A stretch of DNA of 64,000 nt from a virus. The DNA lies in the IMG/VR virus record IMGVR_UViG_3300033978_000437; one strand, 5' to 3'. A program made the translations under genes and the position numbers. Shown here piece after piece: positions 46,095 to 55,626 of this stretch; within the stretch, counting starts at the first letter, position 1, and the number at the start of each line of letters is the position of its first letter. The notes beneath the pieces were generated by a model, which did no database searches, was not told where the DNA came from, and worked only from the letters and a program-made list of their open reading frames with translations.

Positions 46095-46889
46095 TTAATT
46101 AAGCTGCGGAAGTATACCTGTAGGAGCTACTTTTTTTGAAAAACCACCTAGTAGTTTTTTACCATAATGCGCAAGTAAAGGGGTTGCGGCTAGAGCTCCG
46201 TAAGTAGGTAATCCTATAGAAGCACCCCAGCGAGACTGACCAAGTCTTTTTAATAAAGCACCACCTCGCACACTTGCATCTACTTCTGCGGCAAGTAATG
46301 GAATGTGTGCGGAGCTACCAAGCAACGCAGCATTTCTTGAATTGCCCTCGTCACTGGACAACAAAGCTCCCCAAGTACCACCAACAGTACCCAACCTGCT
46401 TGCAATTTGGCCCGACGAAAGATTATTCGGTGATAGTAATTTTTTAGGTGTTAAAGAATGCCCTATTTCGTGTGCAAGGATAGCGGGTGATTCATTTACC
46501 CCAGTCCTTATCAAATTGCTTCTGGTATCATAAGAATAACCTAGATTATTAGATTGAGGTGCAAAGTCTATACCTCTAGATAAAGCCAATCTTTTTAAAG
46601 CTTGCGTAGCCTTCACATTCTCTGGCTTAGGACTAAAATTGAAGAGCTGCGGGTTATTGTGTGCGGCATAATGCTTAGATGGATTTGCATTTCCAGATGT
46701 GGCTTTTTCAAAAGGAGTCATTACTTTGTGTGCATATGCGGTTGTTGCTAAGAGGGGAGTCAGCAACGCAGGAGGGATTCCAAGCCCCCACAAGTAGTCT
46801 AAGCCCCGAGATGCTGGTTTAGCTGAGTCTTCCAAAGTATTAGAAGCAGCAGTCTTTGCCAATGCAATTATCGAGGCATAGTGCGTCAT
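46095..46889 (-). CDS. Membrane-associated zinc metallopeptidase-like protein with KTA leader
   Basis: AILAHEIGHS (HExxH), downstream LLAAEVDASVRGG, hydrophobic Gly-rich segments; leader IIALAKTA; start taken at ATG 46889. Confidence 0.6.
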   Translation of the reverse strand: MTHYASIIALAKTAASNTLEDSAKPASRGLDYLWGLGIPPALLTPLLATTAYAHKVMTPFEKATSGNANPSKHYAAHNNPQLFNFSPKPENVKATQALKRLALSRGIDFAPQSNNLGYSYDTRSNLIRTGVNESPAILAHEIGHSLTPKKLLSPNNLSSGQIASRLGTVGGTWGALLSSDEGNSRNAALLGSSAHIPLLAAEVDASVRGGALLKRLGQSRWGASIGLPTYGALAATPLLAHYGKKLLGGFSKKVAPTGILPQLN

Positions 46890-46928
46890 TGTTTGCCCAA
46901 AAGTTGTCAACATTTTCAACAGAAAAAC

Positions 46929-47684
46929 TTAGACAGTAGCCCTACCCCGTGTACCCGGATTATATAGTGGGTAGTTTGGATTAGGATAATACGGGTTTAG
47001 CGGAGGAAAGGACGGAGTGTAATTAGGATTTGTGTTAGGCGCGTTATACTGTGTACCAGGGGCTACTGAATCTGGATTGATTTCCATAATTATAGGCGGT
47101 TTCTGGCGTACATAAGGTTGCAGCCCAGTCCCAGGTTTAGCACTTTCTATCACTGTTCTAGATTTATTTACACCAGGGCTTGAGTAATCAGTTGTGGAAT
47201 CAGAGTTGAACGCATCAATACCCCTACGAAACTTATTTAGCACAGCGCCTATTCCACTTTCGGATTCATTGTATCTCTTTTTAGCTGCTTCAATTACATC
47301 GCCTGCGAATGGCAGACCAATTTCTTTGATACCAAGGGCACCAGCACCGCCACCAATTATGCCCGCAGCGGGATTAGCTCTAGTAAAGTCAACTGCCGTT
47401 CTTCCAGCTACTCTAGTTCCCTTGCTTATACCAGAACCTAAACCTTTAAGCCCAGCCCAGCCCATCCCGCCAGCACCATATAATAAATTCCCTAAAAGCT
47501 TTAAAATAGCTTTCTTCTCTATCGATGCTTGCTTCTTCAACCCAAGGTAATAAGCACATGCTTGCTTGTTCCTTGTAGTAGGATACTCTGCAGCTTGCTT
47601 AATCAAGCTGGCAGGATTATAGCGAGCAAGCTCTGCATTTAAAATACGCAAACGATTAGCTTGTTTAATCAATAAATTTGACAT
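46929..47684 (-). CDS. Glycine-zipper protein with KxA-rich leader
   Basis: IKQA, IKQA, NKQA, KKQA, EKKA then LLYGAGGMGWAGLKGLG and GIIGGGAGALG; ATG 47684 with SD GAGG. Confidence 0.6.
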   Translation of the reverse strand: MSNLLIKQANRLRILNAELARYNPASLIKQAAEYPTTRNKQACAYYLGLKKQASIEKKAILKLLGNLLYGAGGMGWAGLKGLGSGISKGTRVAGRTAVDFTRANPAAGIIGGGAGALGIKEIGLPFAGDVIEAAKKRYNESESGIGAVLNKFRRGIDAFNSDSTTDYSSPGVNKSRTVIESAKPGTGLQPYVRQKPPIIMEINPDSVAPGTQYNAPNTNPNYTPSFPPLNPYYPNPNYPLYNPGTRGRATV

Positions 47685-47709
47685 GATATCCCTCATAAGA
47701 AACTAAGTA

Positions 47710-47740
47710 GAACCTAGGCTACAAATAAGTGCCTAGGTTC
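47710..47740 (-). terminator. Hairpin between low-complexity protein genes
   Basis: GAACCTAGGC/GCCTAGGTTC 10-bp stem. Confidence 0.5.
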
Positions 47741-47759
47741 AATTCAAGATTGTAACTAA

Positions 47760-49253
47760 TTAAAGTCCTCTGCGTCTTTGTATACGCATCTGCCTATTAT
47801 TTTGCATTGCTTGTAAAGGTGCTCCGCTACCAATTACTGTTTGGCGACCCTGTGGCTGCTGAGGCTGTGATTGCCGGGCTACTTCTTCTTGCCCTGTACT
47901 TCCTGTGCTCCCTGCAGCTCCACTGACAGAATATGTGGGAGCGGTAGGCTCTATGCTCTTCATGTAAGCATCTTCGTCACCTTGCTGCTTCGAGGCATCG
48001 CTGTATCTCTGGCTTTCAGCTATTTGGCTGTCGTAATCATTTTGTGCAGGAGCGGATGCAGCTGCTGGAGATGCCCCATAGGCGGATTGAGATGCAGCGT
48101 AACCTGTGCTTGGAGCCTTAGCCCCACCCATAGCATTACTTGCACTATTAACCGCATTAGCTGTAGTCTTACCAAAATTACTCATGAAGTTGCCTATGCC
48201 GCTAGCTATGTTAGTAGCTTGCTGCCGGCCCGCACTTTGCGCAGCACCTTGGTTTAGTTTCTTCGAGTAAGCTGCTTCCACAGGATCTTCTGTGTAGGAG
48301 GGTTGAGCAGCACCTTGTGCTTTTGCGTAAGCAGCGGAATTTGCAGCAAATGGATCACGGCTAGGCTTTGCTGCAGGAGTAGATTTACCGGTTATATCGT
48401 TGAAGGTGTCTGGGTTAACCGGCTTAGCAGGGCGCTTAGCCGCTCCTTGTACTCCGCTTGCCCCTTGTGCTCCAGTTGCCCCTTGTGCTTTTGCATAAGC
48501 AGCAGAGTTAGCTGCGAATGGATCCGCACTACCTGTGGCTGCAGGTTTAGGAATTACACTTGCTGGAGTTGGCTTAGCTGGAGTTTTAGCTACGGCTTTT
48601 GCAGCAGTGACTGCAGGAGCACCCCCAAAATTACTAGGTACTCTTTCGTTGTCTGCAAACGAAGGTACACCAGACTCTAAAGCATTCGAAGCATTGGAAG
48701 CAGCAATTTGTGCATCTCTAACAGGGTCAGCCGCATTAGGGTTATAACGAAGAGATCCGCTTGGAACTTGAGGGGCAGGTTGTTGCTTTAACGAACCCCC
48801 TGCTGTGAAGCCGTCCCTAGGAAACTTTGGGGCTGCCGCTTCAGTTCGCAGCCCAGGTATGCCATATATAGATTTTTTTTGCGCTGGGTCCATTGGCTTA
48901 GGCGTAGGTAATAACCCAGAAAGATAGTTGCCAGCGCTGCCGGCTGCGTTAGAAATACTGTTACCCAGCCCCGTTAGCCCTAGACTATCACTTATACCGC
49001 CAAACCCTCTCCGAGATGCTGCTGTTGGTGCACTTCTAGCCACATTGCCGAGCTCTTCTATAGATCGCTTTTCAAAAAGCAAAGCAGTGTGCAGCGCTGC
49101 GTATTTCAAACAAGCTTCCTTGCTGTGCCCAGTAGAAGCAGCTTTCAACAACCCTTCGACATTGTAGGTGTCCATTTCTCGCTTTAATGCAACAATATTG
49201 AGTAAATGGTGTGCGGTCTTAATTCGGTGCTGACTTGCTAAACTTCTACGCAT
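47760..49253 (-). CDS. Ala/Pro/Gln/Gly low-complexity protein with KxA leader
   Basis: LKAA, SKEA, LKYA, EKRS within the first 65 aa; internal repeat DPFAANSAAYAKAQGA x2; SD AAGGAG. Confidence 0.65.
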   Translation of the reverse strand: MRRSLASQHRIKTAHHLLNIVALKREMDTYNVEGLLKAASTGHSKEACLKYAALHTALLFEKRSIEELGNVARSAPTAASRRGFGGISDSLGLTGLGNSISNAAGSAGNYLSGLLPTPKPMDPAQKKSIYGIPGLRTEAAAPKFPRDGFTAGGSLKQQPAPQVPSGSLRYNPNAADPVRDAQIAASNASNALESGVPSFADNERVPSNFGGAPAVTAAKAVAKTPAKPTPASVIPKPAATGSADPFAANSAAYAKAQGATGAQGASGVQGAAKRPAKPVNPDTFNDITGKSTPAAKPSRDPFAANSAAYAKAQGAAQPSYTEDPVEAAYSKKLNQGAAQSAGRQQATNIASGIGNFMSNFGKTTANAVNSASNAMGGAKAPSTGYAASQSAYGASPAAASAPAQNDYDSQIAESQRYSDASKQQGDEDAYMKSIEPTAPTYSVSGAAGSTGSTGQEEVARQSQPQQPQGRQTVIGSGAPLQAMQNNRQMRIQRRRGL

Positions 49254-49293
49254 TGTAATGCTCCTTGTTATTTTCTTATGTCATCAACTATTA

Positions 49294-49329
49294 GTAATAC
49301 CTAATGTTGGTAATCTGTGTCAACAGATT
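49294..49329 (-). promoter_or_regulatory. Promoter-like site whose -35 lies inside an inverted repeat (operator candidate)
   Basis: AATCTGT-N4-ACAGATT (49312-49329) containing TTGACA on the minus strand; N18 to TATTAC. Confidence 0.4.
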
Positions 49330-49393
49330 CAGCCTAAGCTGCACTGATATTCTAGCAGCAGCATAGATTGTACCTCTCTACCCTTGTTAGTTG

Positions 49394-49918
49394 CTAGAGC
49401 AGCCAATGCTTATTCGGCTTTTCCCACCAAAAAGTTAAGTCTTCTTTGGAGTCATCGTAGTATCGCCCTACAAAGTCTGACTTGAATTTACTTTTAAAAT
49501 TCTCAAACAAAGTAAGGGTGTATATCTCTTGGGTTAACTTAAGCTGCTTCCTAATTATCTCATGAACTTTGGTGTAGTTACCACCTCGAATAACACCCGC
49601 TTCCACAAGAAGGATTTTCTTGTTTCCGATATCTGCAAGGTTTAAGTAGAACAAAGCTAAGATAGCGTTAACAAACTTGTCATCAAACTCTTCATCAGGG
49701 TAGGGGACATCCACGCCAAACCCCTCACATATTTCGCCGTCGTGAGATAACTGGTGCCTAAGGTACTGAGCAACTACGGAAGAGTAATCTGTGGACACTG
49801 CAACTACGACTGCGTTGGACGCATTTATATTTAACTTAAGTAAGTTGTCTCTGAGCCTATTCATTAGCTGAAGTTCAAGAGGCCAATCTACATGTAGTAT
49901 TTTACGTGTGTTTAACAA
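49394..49918 (-). CDS. Type I phosphoribosyltransferase-like protein
   Basis: KKILLVEAGVIRGGNY PRPP-loop-like motif; TTG start. Confidence 0.65.
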   Translation of the reverse strand: MLNTRKILHVDWPLELQLMNRLRDNLLKLNINASNAVVVAVSTDYSSVVAQYLRHQLSHDGEICEGFGVDVPYPDEEFDDKFVNAILALFYLNLADIGNKKILLVEAGVIRGGNYTKVHEIIRKQLKLTQEIYTLTLFENFKSKFKSDFVGRYYDDSKEDLTFWWEKPNKHWLL

Positions 49919-49923
49919 CGATT

Positions 49924-50715
49924 TTACCCTTTAGCTATTGCTCGTACTTTGTCAAACAAACAACGCAATGACTCTTTTCGCTCAACTCCACGAATATCCC
50001 CATAATTTTCTGTAGCAGTTTTTCCAGTATATAAATGCAATATGTAGCCTGCCAACCTCGTTTGGTCCCCTTCAATCTTAAGATGCCCAGTTAAAGGAGT
50101 TTGGTCATGCCCAAGGCGGAACAATAAATCTAATTTATCCCTATCTCCAAACAATATATTTTCATTAAAGCGTAGAGAAGAATCTTCTCGGAAGACTAAT
50201 TGACTTTCCTCTAAAAAAGTATTTAACTTTTGCCCATAGTGCTCAAAGGGTATGCGTGCCATAGGTAAGCTATAATACTGGCTAGGATGTTCTTCTGTAG
50301 TTTGTTTAAATTGATTCCAACCTTCTTGATCAAAAATACAATCACCATCTAGTATAATTGCATTTGTGGCAAACACATGACCATAGTCTATAGCCGTATT
50401 TCTTGCAGAATTAATACCAATTACTTCTAAGTTAAAAGCTTCGTTTGAAGCTTTGGACTGTTGCATTATTTTAAGCTTATCCCAATGTAATGGCAATTCT
50501 AGGTAGCGTACACGATGTTCCAGCAACAAGTCTTCTAGCTGTTTTTGAAAAGGTAAATCTACAAAACGATTTAACAAAAAAAGTTTAATTGTGTCTGGAA
50601 AATAAGGTTCATTTTTTAAGGTAAATTCTAATGCCTTCAGTCTGGCTCCTGGCGTATCTCTAGGCGGGTTCTCATTACCAAGGATACGAACAATAGCAAA
50701 TTTATAGTTTTTCAT
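49924..50715 (-). CDS. GT-A-type glycosyltransferase-like protein
   Basis: INSARNTAIDYG...AIILDGDCIF (DxD). Confidence 0.55.
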   Translation of the reverse strand: MKNYKFAIVRILGNENPPRDTPGARLKALEFTLKNEPYFPDTIKLFLLNRFVDLPFQKQLEDLLLEHRVRYLELPLHWDKLKIMQQSKASNEAFNLEVIGINSARNTAIDYGHVFATNAIILDGDCIFDQEGWNQFKQTTEEHPSQYYSLPMARIPFEHYGQKLNTFLEESQLVFREDSSLRFNENILFGDRDKLDLLFRLGHDQTPLTGHLKIEGDQTRLAGYILHLYTGKTATENYGDIRGVERKESLRCLFDKVRAIAKG

Positions 50716-50716
50716 T

Positions 50717-50734
50717 TTAAAATCCAGAATTTAA
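50717..50734. promoter_or_regulatory. Copy of 18-bp palindromic motif abutting a start codon
   Basis: TTAAAATCCAGAATTTAA, 1 bp upstream of ATG 50715. Confidence 0.6.
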
Positions 50735-50735
50735 A

Positions 50736-51040
50736 GTCAAGCTAGGCAGTCGCACCCGGTCCGGCGTTTCCGCTTTTCCTCGTCGAAACGTGACACTCTG
50801 TAATGTGTCAGAGGTCTCAAGTTATATGGTGGTAGGGCGAAAGGAGACCTGAGGCATCGTGGACCCTTTAAAACAGCCACCATTCCAACTGCCCGAAACA
50901 CTGATCGCAAGGAATTTTCCTCAGCAGCGTTCTGCGCATTTGCCTACTAGAAACAAATGCACCCAGCTGCTAGGGATGATTCGGGGAACTTACCAACCCG
51001 CCTTGCGCCCTACACAGCCACTTACTCGACACACAGATTC
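50736..51040 (-). ncRNA. Candidate ~300-nt structured RNA of unknown class
   Basis: GC-richer gap with no credible ORF; several 6-8-bp helices, GAAA and UUCG tetraloops on the minus strand, potential pseudoknot. Confidence 0.5.
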
Positions 51041-51042
51041 AT

Positions 51043-54018
51043 TTAATTCTTTGCAAAGTGACGCAGAAGCCTTACGGCTCTGTCACCAGCTGATTTTTTT
51101 GAGAAATTCTCTATAATCCGGCCAGTTATGGGATCATATTTTTTTGCGTTGTCTATGGCTTGCCTAATCCCGCCCTCTATAGAGTTATTAGGGAAAATCT
51201 GGCTAGTAGGACTAGCCAACCTTGGATCTCTAGTCCGCGCCGCAATTTGCTTGTCTGCTTGTTCTCGCTCGTATTGTTGATTTTGCTGTGCGTAGTCAGG
51301 ACGGTGTGTGGTTGCTTCTGGTGCATGCAAAGGATTAGCTTTACCCCCACCAAACATACCATTCTGGTGCATCATGTAGAGAGCGGGTAAGCTAAGCCCA
51401 CCGAGTGCCGCACCTTGGCCACCGCCAATAGCACCACCCGCAAGAGCACCGCCACCAGCTAACAATGCAGGCATTAACCAATGTTTGTTCTCTTCAAAGA
51501 ACTGGCCTATCCCACCCATGCCGCCACCAAGATCTTGACGGATGCCCGACAAGTTATTGTGTGTTTCATTACGCAACATATTCATCTGCGCATTCATTCT
51601 TTCGGATGCATCATTTATGCCACTGACAGCCTTGTTGCCTATGTAAGCACCAGTGCCAATACCGGCAGTTCCTAATCCTATCCCAGCTGTAAGCCCCTTA
51701 TTAGCTTTCATTGCGTCAAGTGCCGGGCGTACATTAGGTTTAACAAATTTCGTATAGCCATTACCTATGAGGCTAAATGGGTCTAGCTTATTCAATGCGG
51801 TTACCGTGTCACCTTGTGTACCAGGTATCGTCCATCCGAGACCAGCACGAGCATCGGTACCACCTGCGAAACGATTAGCCCTTGCTCCCAGAAACTTAGG
51901 CATTTTTGCAGGTGATATTCCTGCCCCTAAAAATCCAGCTTTACCGCCTAAGCCACCTGTATCAATGCCAAATGCCCCTGCCCCAAGATCCGCCGTAGAA
52001 CCGGCTAAACTACCAGCGTACATACGCTTCATTACATCTTGCACACCTTTGCCACCAAGAAGACCTGCACCTGCTCCGGCTAACGCACTTCCGCCAACTC
52101 GAGCGGCATAATCACCCCAGCCAGCATTCGGGTCATCGCTCGGAGTAAACGCACCAGTGAAGGGATTTGTTGCCCCAGTTCCTGCACCAGTCCACATTTG
52201 GCTGCGCATAGTCTTATCGTTCAATACTCCTTTTATTCCTTTGCTAATACTCGGCATCGAAGGACCAGCAGCCCCCGCACTATTTTTAGCAGCGTCATAA
52301 ACACTTTTTACAGCCGCACCCGGTCTAGCCAAACCCGTGCCTAAGTAATTAGCTGCAGATCGCGCCAGCCCTGCCCAATTAACAGCTTTCTTTTCATGAC
52401 TTTGCTTGCCCATCCCATTACCTGTGAAACCACCACCAAGACCATTAGCTCTCACCATATTCTGCGCACCAGTTGCCATATTTCTAAGATGCTGCATACC
52501 TACGCCAGAAGCTCCGCCCACTCCTGCTCCTGCTCCTGTCATCATATTTCCAAAATGCTGCATGCCTGCGTTAAGTACATTTTGGAATGGGTTACCACCG
52601 GTCGCAGGTGCACGTGACATCACAGCTTGCATAGGATTGCCTATTGCATTATTCATGAAATTACCTGCGCTATTAATTGCATTATTACCCACATTCTCTA
52701 CCCCTTGCTGCATTCCTTGCTTCGCTCCAGCTTGAACCGCTCCAGGCATTTTAGCTGCAGCATAACCTGCACCACCTAGTGCACCACCTAAACCGAGTGC
52801 ACCTGCTCCCATCATAAGACCTTTTCCCCAGTTGCTTAGTTTTTCTAAGCCACGATTTAACTCTTTACCTACTTTGTACCCAAACTGATCCCCTGCTTGT
52901 TTAATCGCTGCATACATCTCGTGTTCGTTTCTACCTTCTTGAATCAATCGACCAAAGAAGTTACTTTGGAAATCGTTCAATCCTGCTTTCTTCGCCATCC
53001 TCAAATACTTGTCTAACGAGTCAAACGCAGCCGTGCCTGTTGCATGGTCTTCGTTCTGCTGTTTGTACTTCACACCTTTGCTATCCCCTGCAGCTGAGCG
53101 AGAAGGTGAGCAATTATCTTGCGAGGCAAGTTTATCTTGTGCAGCCTGTTGTATCCCAGCTGTATCTGCTTTTTTAGCAGGTGGCTTACCCGCATAAACA
53201 TTAGGCTTCTTTTCGGGCAATGGCATACCCGCAGTAAATACGGGCGGGGTTGGCCATTCAGCAAACTTAGTTTTATCCTTAGATAGCTTTTTGCCCTTTC
53301 GCAAAGCAGCTAAATCTGCTGCTTCGATTTTACCATTATCATTAACATCAATTTCTTCTTGGTTTCCGGTAAGCGGAGGTGTAAACGCACCTTCTTTTGC
53401 TGCCATCTCACGGAAAAGATTAGCACCTGCATGCGTACCTATGGAATTACCAACTAAACCACCAGCAGCAGCCCCACCAAGAGGACCGCCAAGACCAAGA
53501 GCTAAAGACGCACGAGGATTAAGTTTACCTTTAGATAACAAGAGTGCTAATAGCGCACCACCAGTTCCTACAGTGGCACCACCAATACCGCCAAGAAGCC
53601 CGCTAGAGGCACCAAATCGACTAGCCATCTGGCCTTCACCCATTGCGCTAACAAGTCGTCCTCGTCCAGGTATTGGATTAAAAAATCCATCTAGACTTCC
53701 ACCAACTCCCGGAACATAGGCTAACCCAGAAGCAGCACTATCTTTAAGTTTACGACCACCCTCTCCTAAAGCCTTTGTGGCTTTCTCTGCCAGATTTTCC
53801 ATGGGTTGGCCCCTCAATGACTCTACAGTTTTGCGAGCAGATTCAGGTAGGGCAGCAACTCCATCACCTATAACTTGTTGTGCTTCGGGAGGAAGGGCTG
53901 AAACTCCATCGTTTGCGGAAGAGCCTCTAATCTTTTGTAATAGGCTCATAGCTCCGTCTGCCACTGAGTTTTTTGCGTTTCTCAATGAGTCCATTATATC
54001 TGCATTTTTTTCGTACAT
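51043..54018 (-). CDS. Modular glycine-zipper polyprotein-like virion protein with an EF-hand motif
   Basis: True start MYEKNA (ATG 54018, SD GGAG); KxA/S/G sites separate Gly-zipper segments; EF-hand DVNDNGKIEAAD at 53314-53349. Confidence 0.7.
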   Translation of the reverse strand: MYEKNADIMDSLRNAKNSVADGAMSLLQKIRGSSANDGVSALPPEAQQVIGDGVAALPESARKTVESLRGQPMENLAEKATKALGEGGRKLKDSAASGLAYVPGVGGSLDGFFNPIPGRGRLVSAMGEGQMASRFGASSGLLGGIGGATVGTGGALLALLLSKGKLNPRASLALGLGGPLGGAAAGGLVGNSIGTHAGANLFREMAAKEGAFTPPLTGNQEEIDVNDNGKIEAADLAALRKGKKLSKDKTKFAEWPTPPVFTAGMPLPEKKPNVYAGKPPAKKADTAGIQQAAQDKLASQDNCSPSRSAAGDSKGVKYKQQNEDHATGTAAFDSLDKYLRMAKKAGLNDFQSNFFGRLIQEGRNEHEMYAAIKQAGDQFGYKVGKELNRGLEKLSNWGKGLMMGAGALGLGGALGGAGYAAAKMPGAVQAGAKQGMQQGVENVGNNAINSAGNFMNNAIGNPMQAVMSRAPATGGNPFQNVLNAGMQHFGNMMTGAGAGVGGASGVGMQHLRNMATGAQNMVRANGLGGGFTGNGMGKQSHEKKAVNWAGLARSAANYLGTGLARPGAAVKSVYDAAKNSAGAAGPSMPSISKGIKGVLNDKTMRSQMWTGAGTGATNPFTGAFTPSDDPNAGWGDYAARVGGSALAGAGAGLLGGKGVQDVMKRMYAGSLAGSTADLGAGAFGIDTGGLGGKAGFLGAGISPAKMPKFLGARANRFAGGTDARAGLGWTIPGTQGDTVTALNKLDPFSLIGNGYTKFVKPNVRPALDAMKANKGLTAGIGLGTAGIGTGAYIGNKAVSGINDASERMNAQMNMLRNETHNNLSGIRQDLGGGMGGIGQFFEENKHWLMPALLAGGGALAGGAIGGGQGAALGGLSLPALYMMHQNGMFGGGKANPLHAPEATTHRPDYAQQNQQYEREQADKQIAARTRDPRLASPTSQIFPNNSIEGGIRQAIDNAKKYDPITGRIIENFSKKSAGDRAVRLLRHFAKN

Positions 54019-54100
54019 GATTATCTCCGTAAAATCGAAACAAAACCGCAAACTTAGTTATTACTTTAACTTTGTTTGTTAACTTTAGCAATCGTTAGGA

Positions 54101-55621
54101 CTAAAGTTCCTTAAGCAAATCTAGAAACTTGTCATTTAGCTGCTGCTTACGATTACCCGCCGCAATGAGGTAATCATCGGTAGCAGATAAAGGATTAACT
54201 TTAATTCCGATGTAGCGTAGTAGAGACTTTAATCGACTTGGGGCTGTTCTAGCTATATATCTCTCTATCTTTACTTTCCTATCTGCAAGAGGAAGGTGGG
54301 CATGACTGTCATACCTTAATCCTCTACCTTCACTCTGCTCAGACCTAACATTATTCCAATGCGGATCCAATAGCTGCATAAGCTTCGTACCCTTAAACGA
54401 AAGTCCCTCAGTACCAGACGGACCAAGCAACGCTACCTTCAGCTTATCTGAGTTGTAGTCGTCTACCAGCTTCTTTCGTTGTTTGTCTGATAGTGCACCT
54501 GTGAAGGACGCTGCAGGGATACCAGCTTTGTCCAACGCAGCTTGATAAGGGTTCAGTCCTGACTCAATAAAGTTAGAGAAGATGAGAGCTTTACCCTTGG
54601 GATCCTTTTTAACCAACTCATTAACTCTTCTAAATGCTTCTGTTAGCTTTGGGGAACTGTTGAACGCAGCCATAGGGTCAGCTTTGTCTTGTGTGAATGT
54701 GCTAGTAGATAAACCCAGCTGTCTTGGCCCAGTCAAAAAGCTAACCATCTTCTTAGACTCTGCATCACTCAGCGGGTAGTTTAATTGCAACTTCCATTTG
54801 AGCAAGGCGGGTAGCTTACCATACATTTGTGAGTTTAGGTCCGTCTGATCCCTAGTCATCTCTGTAATCACATCTTCCCTATTGATCTCTGCTTGAGGCT
54901 TAGCTGGTGCAAAGTAATCTACCTTGCCTCTTAAGTTGTTCTTTAACTCCTCTACATTCTTTAAACCCGGATCGGGTGCCTTTAGATTAAAGAAACGGCG
55001 ATACAGCGAAGGTTGTGGGTCATTGTCTACATACCTAGCACTAAACTCTTCTGGAGTCGTATCCTTGCCGGTAAGCACGCTGTAAGGCACTGCAAAATCC
55101 GCAGGCGAGTTCACAATAGGAGTACCGCTTAGCATCACCACTTGTTTTGCTTTTCTAGCTGCGTCTAACAAATTCTGCGTCTGCGCAGATTGAGCGTTTC
55201 TAAACCGATGTGTTTCATCAATAAGCAACGAATTAGGATTCGCTATAGGAAGTCCTCTGCCTAGCCCAGTATGGCTCATAATGCTGCTAGGCACTGCCGT
55301 ATCTTGGTCGATGAACTTCTCTTGCTCTTTCCTTAGATTGGTACGGAGAGCAGCGGGTACGATTGCGGTGTAGGGGAGCTTCGAGCTTTCAGCAGCCGCT
55401 AAACCACCTAAGGTCTTACCCGAGCCCAGCCCTTGATACAGTAGCAATCTAACCTTGTCCTCAGTAGCAAGCTGATTTTGCACATTGCGTACAACTCTTT
55501 TTTGATGAGGTTGCAGCTCAATTCCAGAATTTAAATCTGCACGCTTGGTGAAACTCAACTTAGCAGCTTGCGTTGCTAAATAGGCAATTGCGTCAAAGGT
55601 ATTACTGGAGCGTTTAAACAC
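54101..55621 (-). CDS. SNF2-family helicase/ATPase with N-terminal leader
   Basis: LQPHQ, YQGLGSGKT, LLIDETH, MLSGTP, QSEGRGLR; leader ends TKRA (aa 28); no Cys. Confidence 0.88.
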   Translation of the reverse strand: MFKRSSNTFDAIAYLATQAAKLSFTKRADLNSGIELQPHQKRVVRNVQNQLATEDKVRLLLYQGLGSGKTLGGLAAAESSKLPYTAIVPAALRTNLRKEQEKFIDQDTAVPSSIMSHTGLGRGLPIANPNSLLIDETHRFRNAQSAQTQNLLDAARKAKQVVMLSGTPIVNSPADFAVPYSVLTGKDTTPEEFSARYVDNDPQPSLYRRFFNLKAPDPGLKNVEELKNNLRGKVDYFAPAKPQAEINREDVITEMTRDQTDLNSQMYGKLPALLKWKLQLNYPLSDAESKKMVSFLTGPRQLGLSTSTFTQDKADPMAAFNSSPKLTEAFRRVNELVKKDPKGKALIFSNFIESGLNPYQAALDKAGIPAASFTGALSDKQRKKLVDDYNSDKLKVALLGPSGTEGLSFKGTKLMQLLDPHWNNVRSEQSEGRGLRYDSHAHLPLADRKVKIERYIARTAPSRLKSLLRYIGIKVNPLSATDDYLIAAGNRKQQLNDKFLDLLKEL

Positions 55622-55626
55622 TTAGT

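Noticed and set aside
50736-51040. RNase P RNA, tmRNA, hammerhead or cobalamin riboswitch assignment for the structured interval
   Set aside because: GAGGAAAAUUCC resembles RNase P CR-I, CUGAGGA a hammerhead core and GGAGACCUG a B12 tail, but the partner elements (CR-V, stem II plus GAAA, T-loop and tag ORF, B12 box order) are absent
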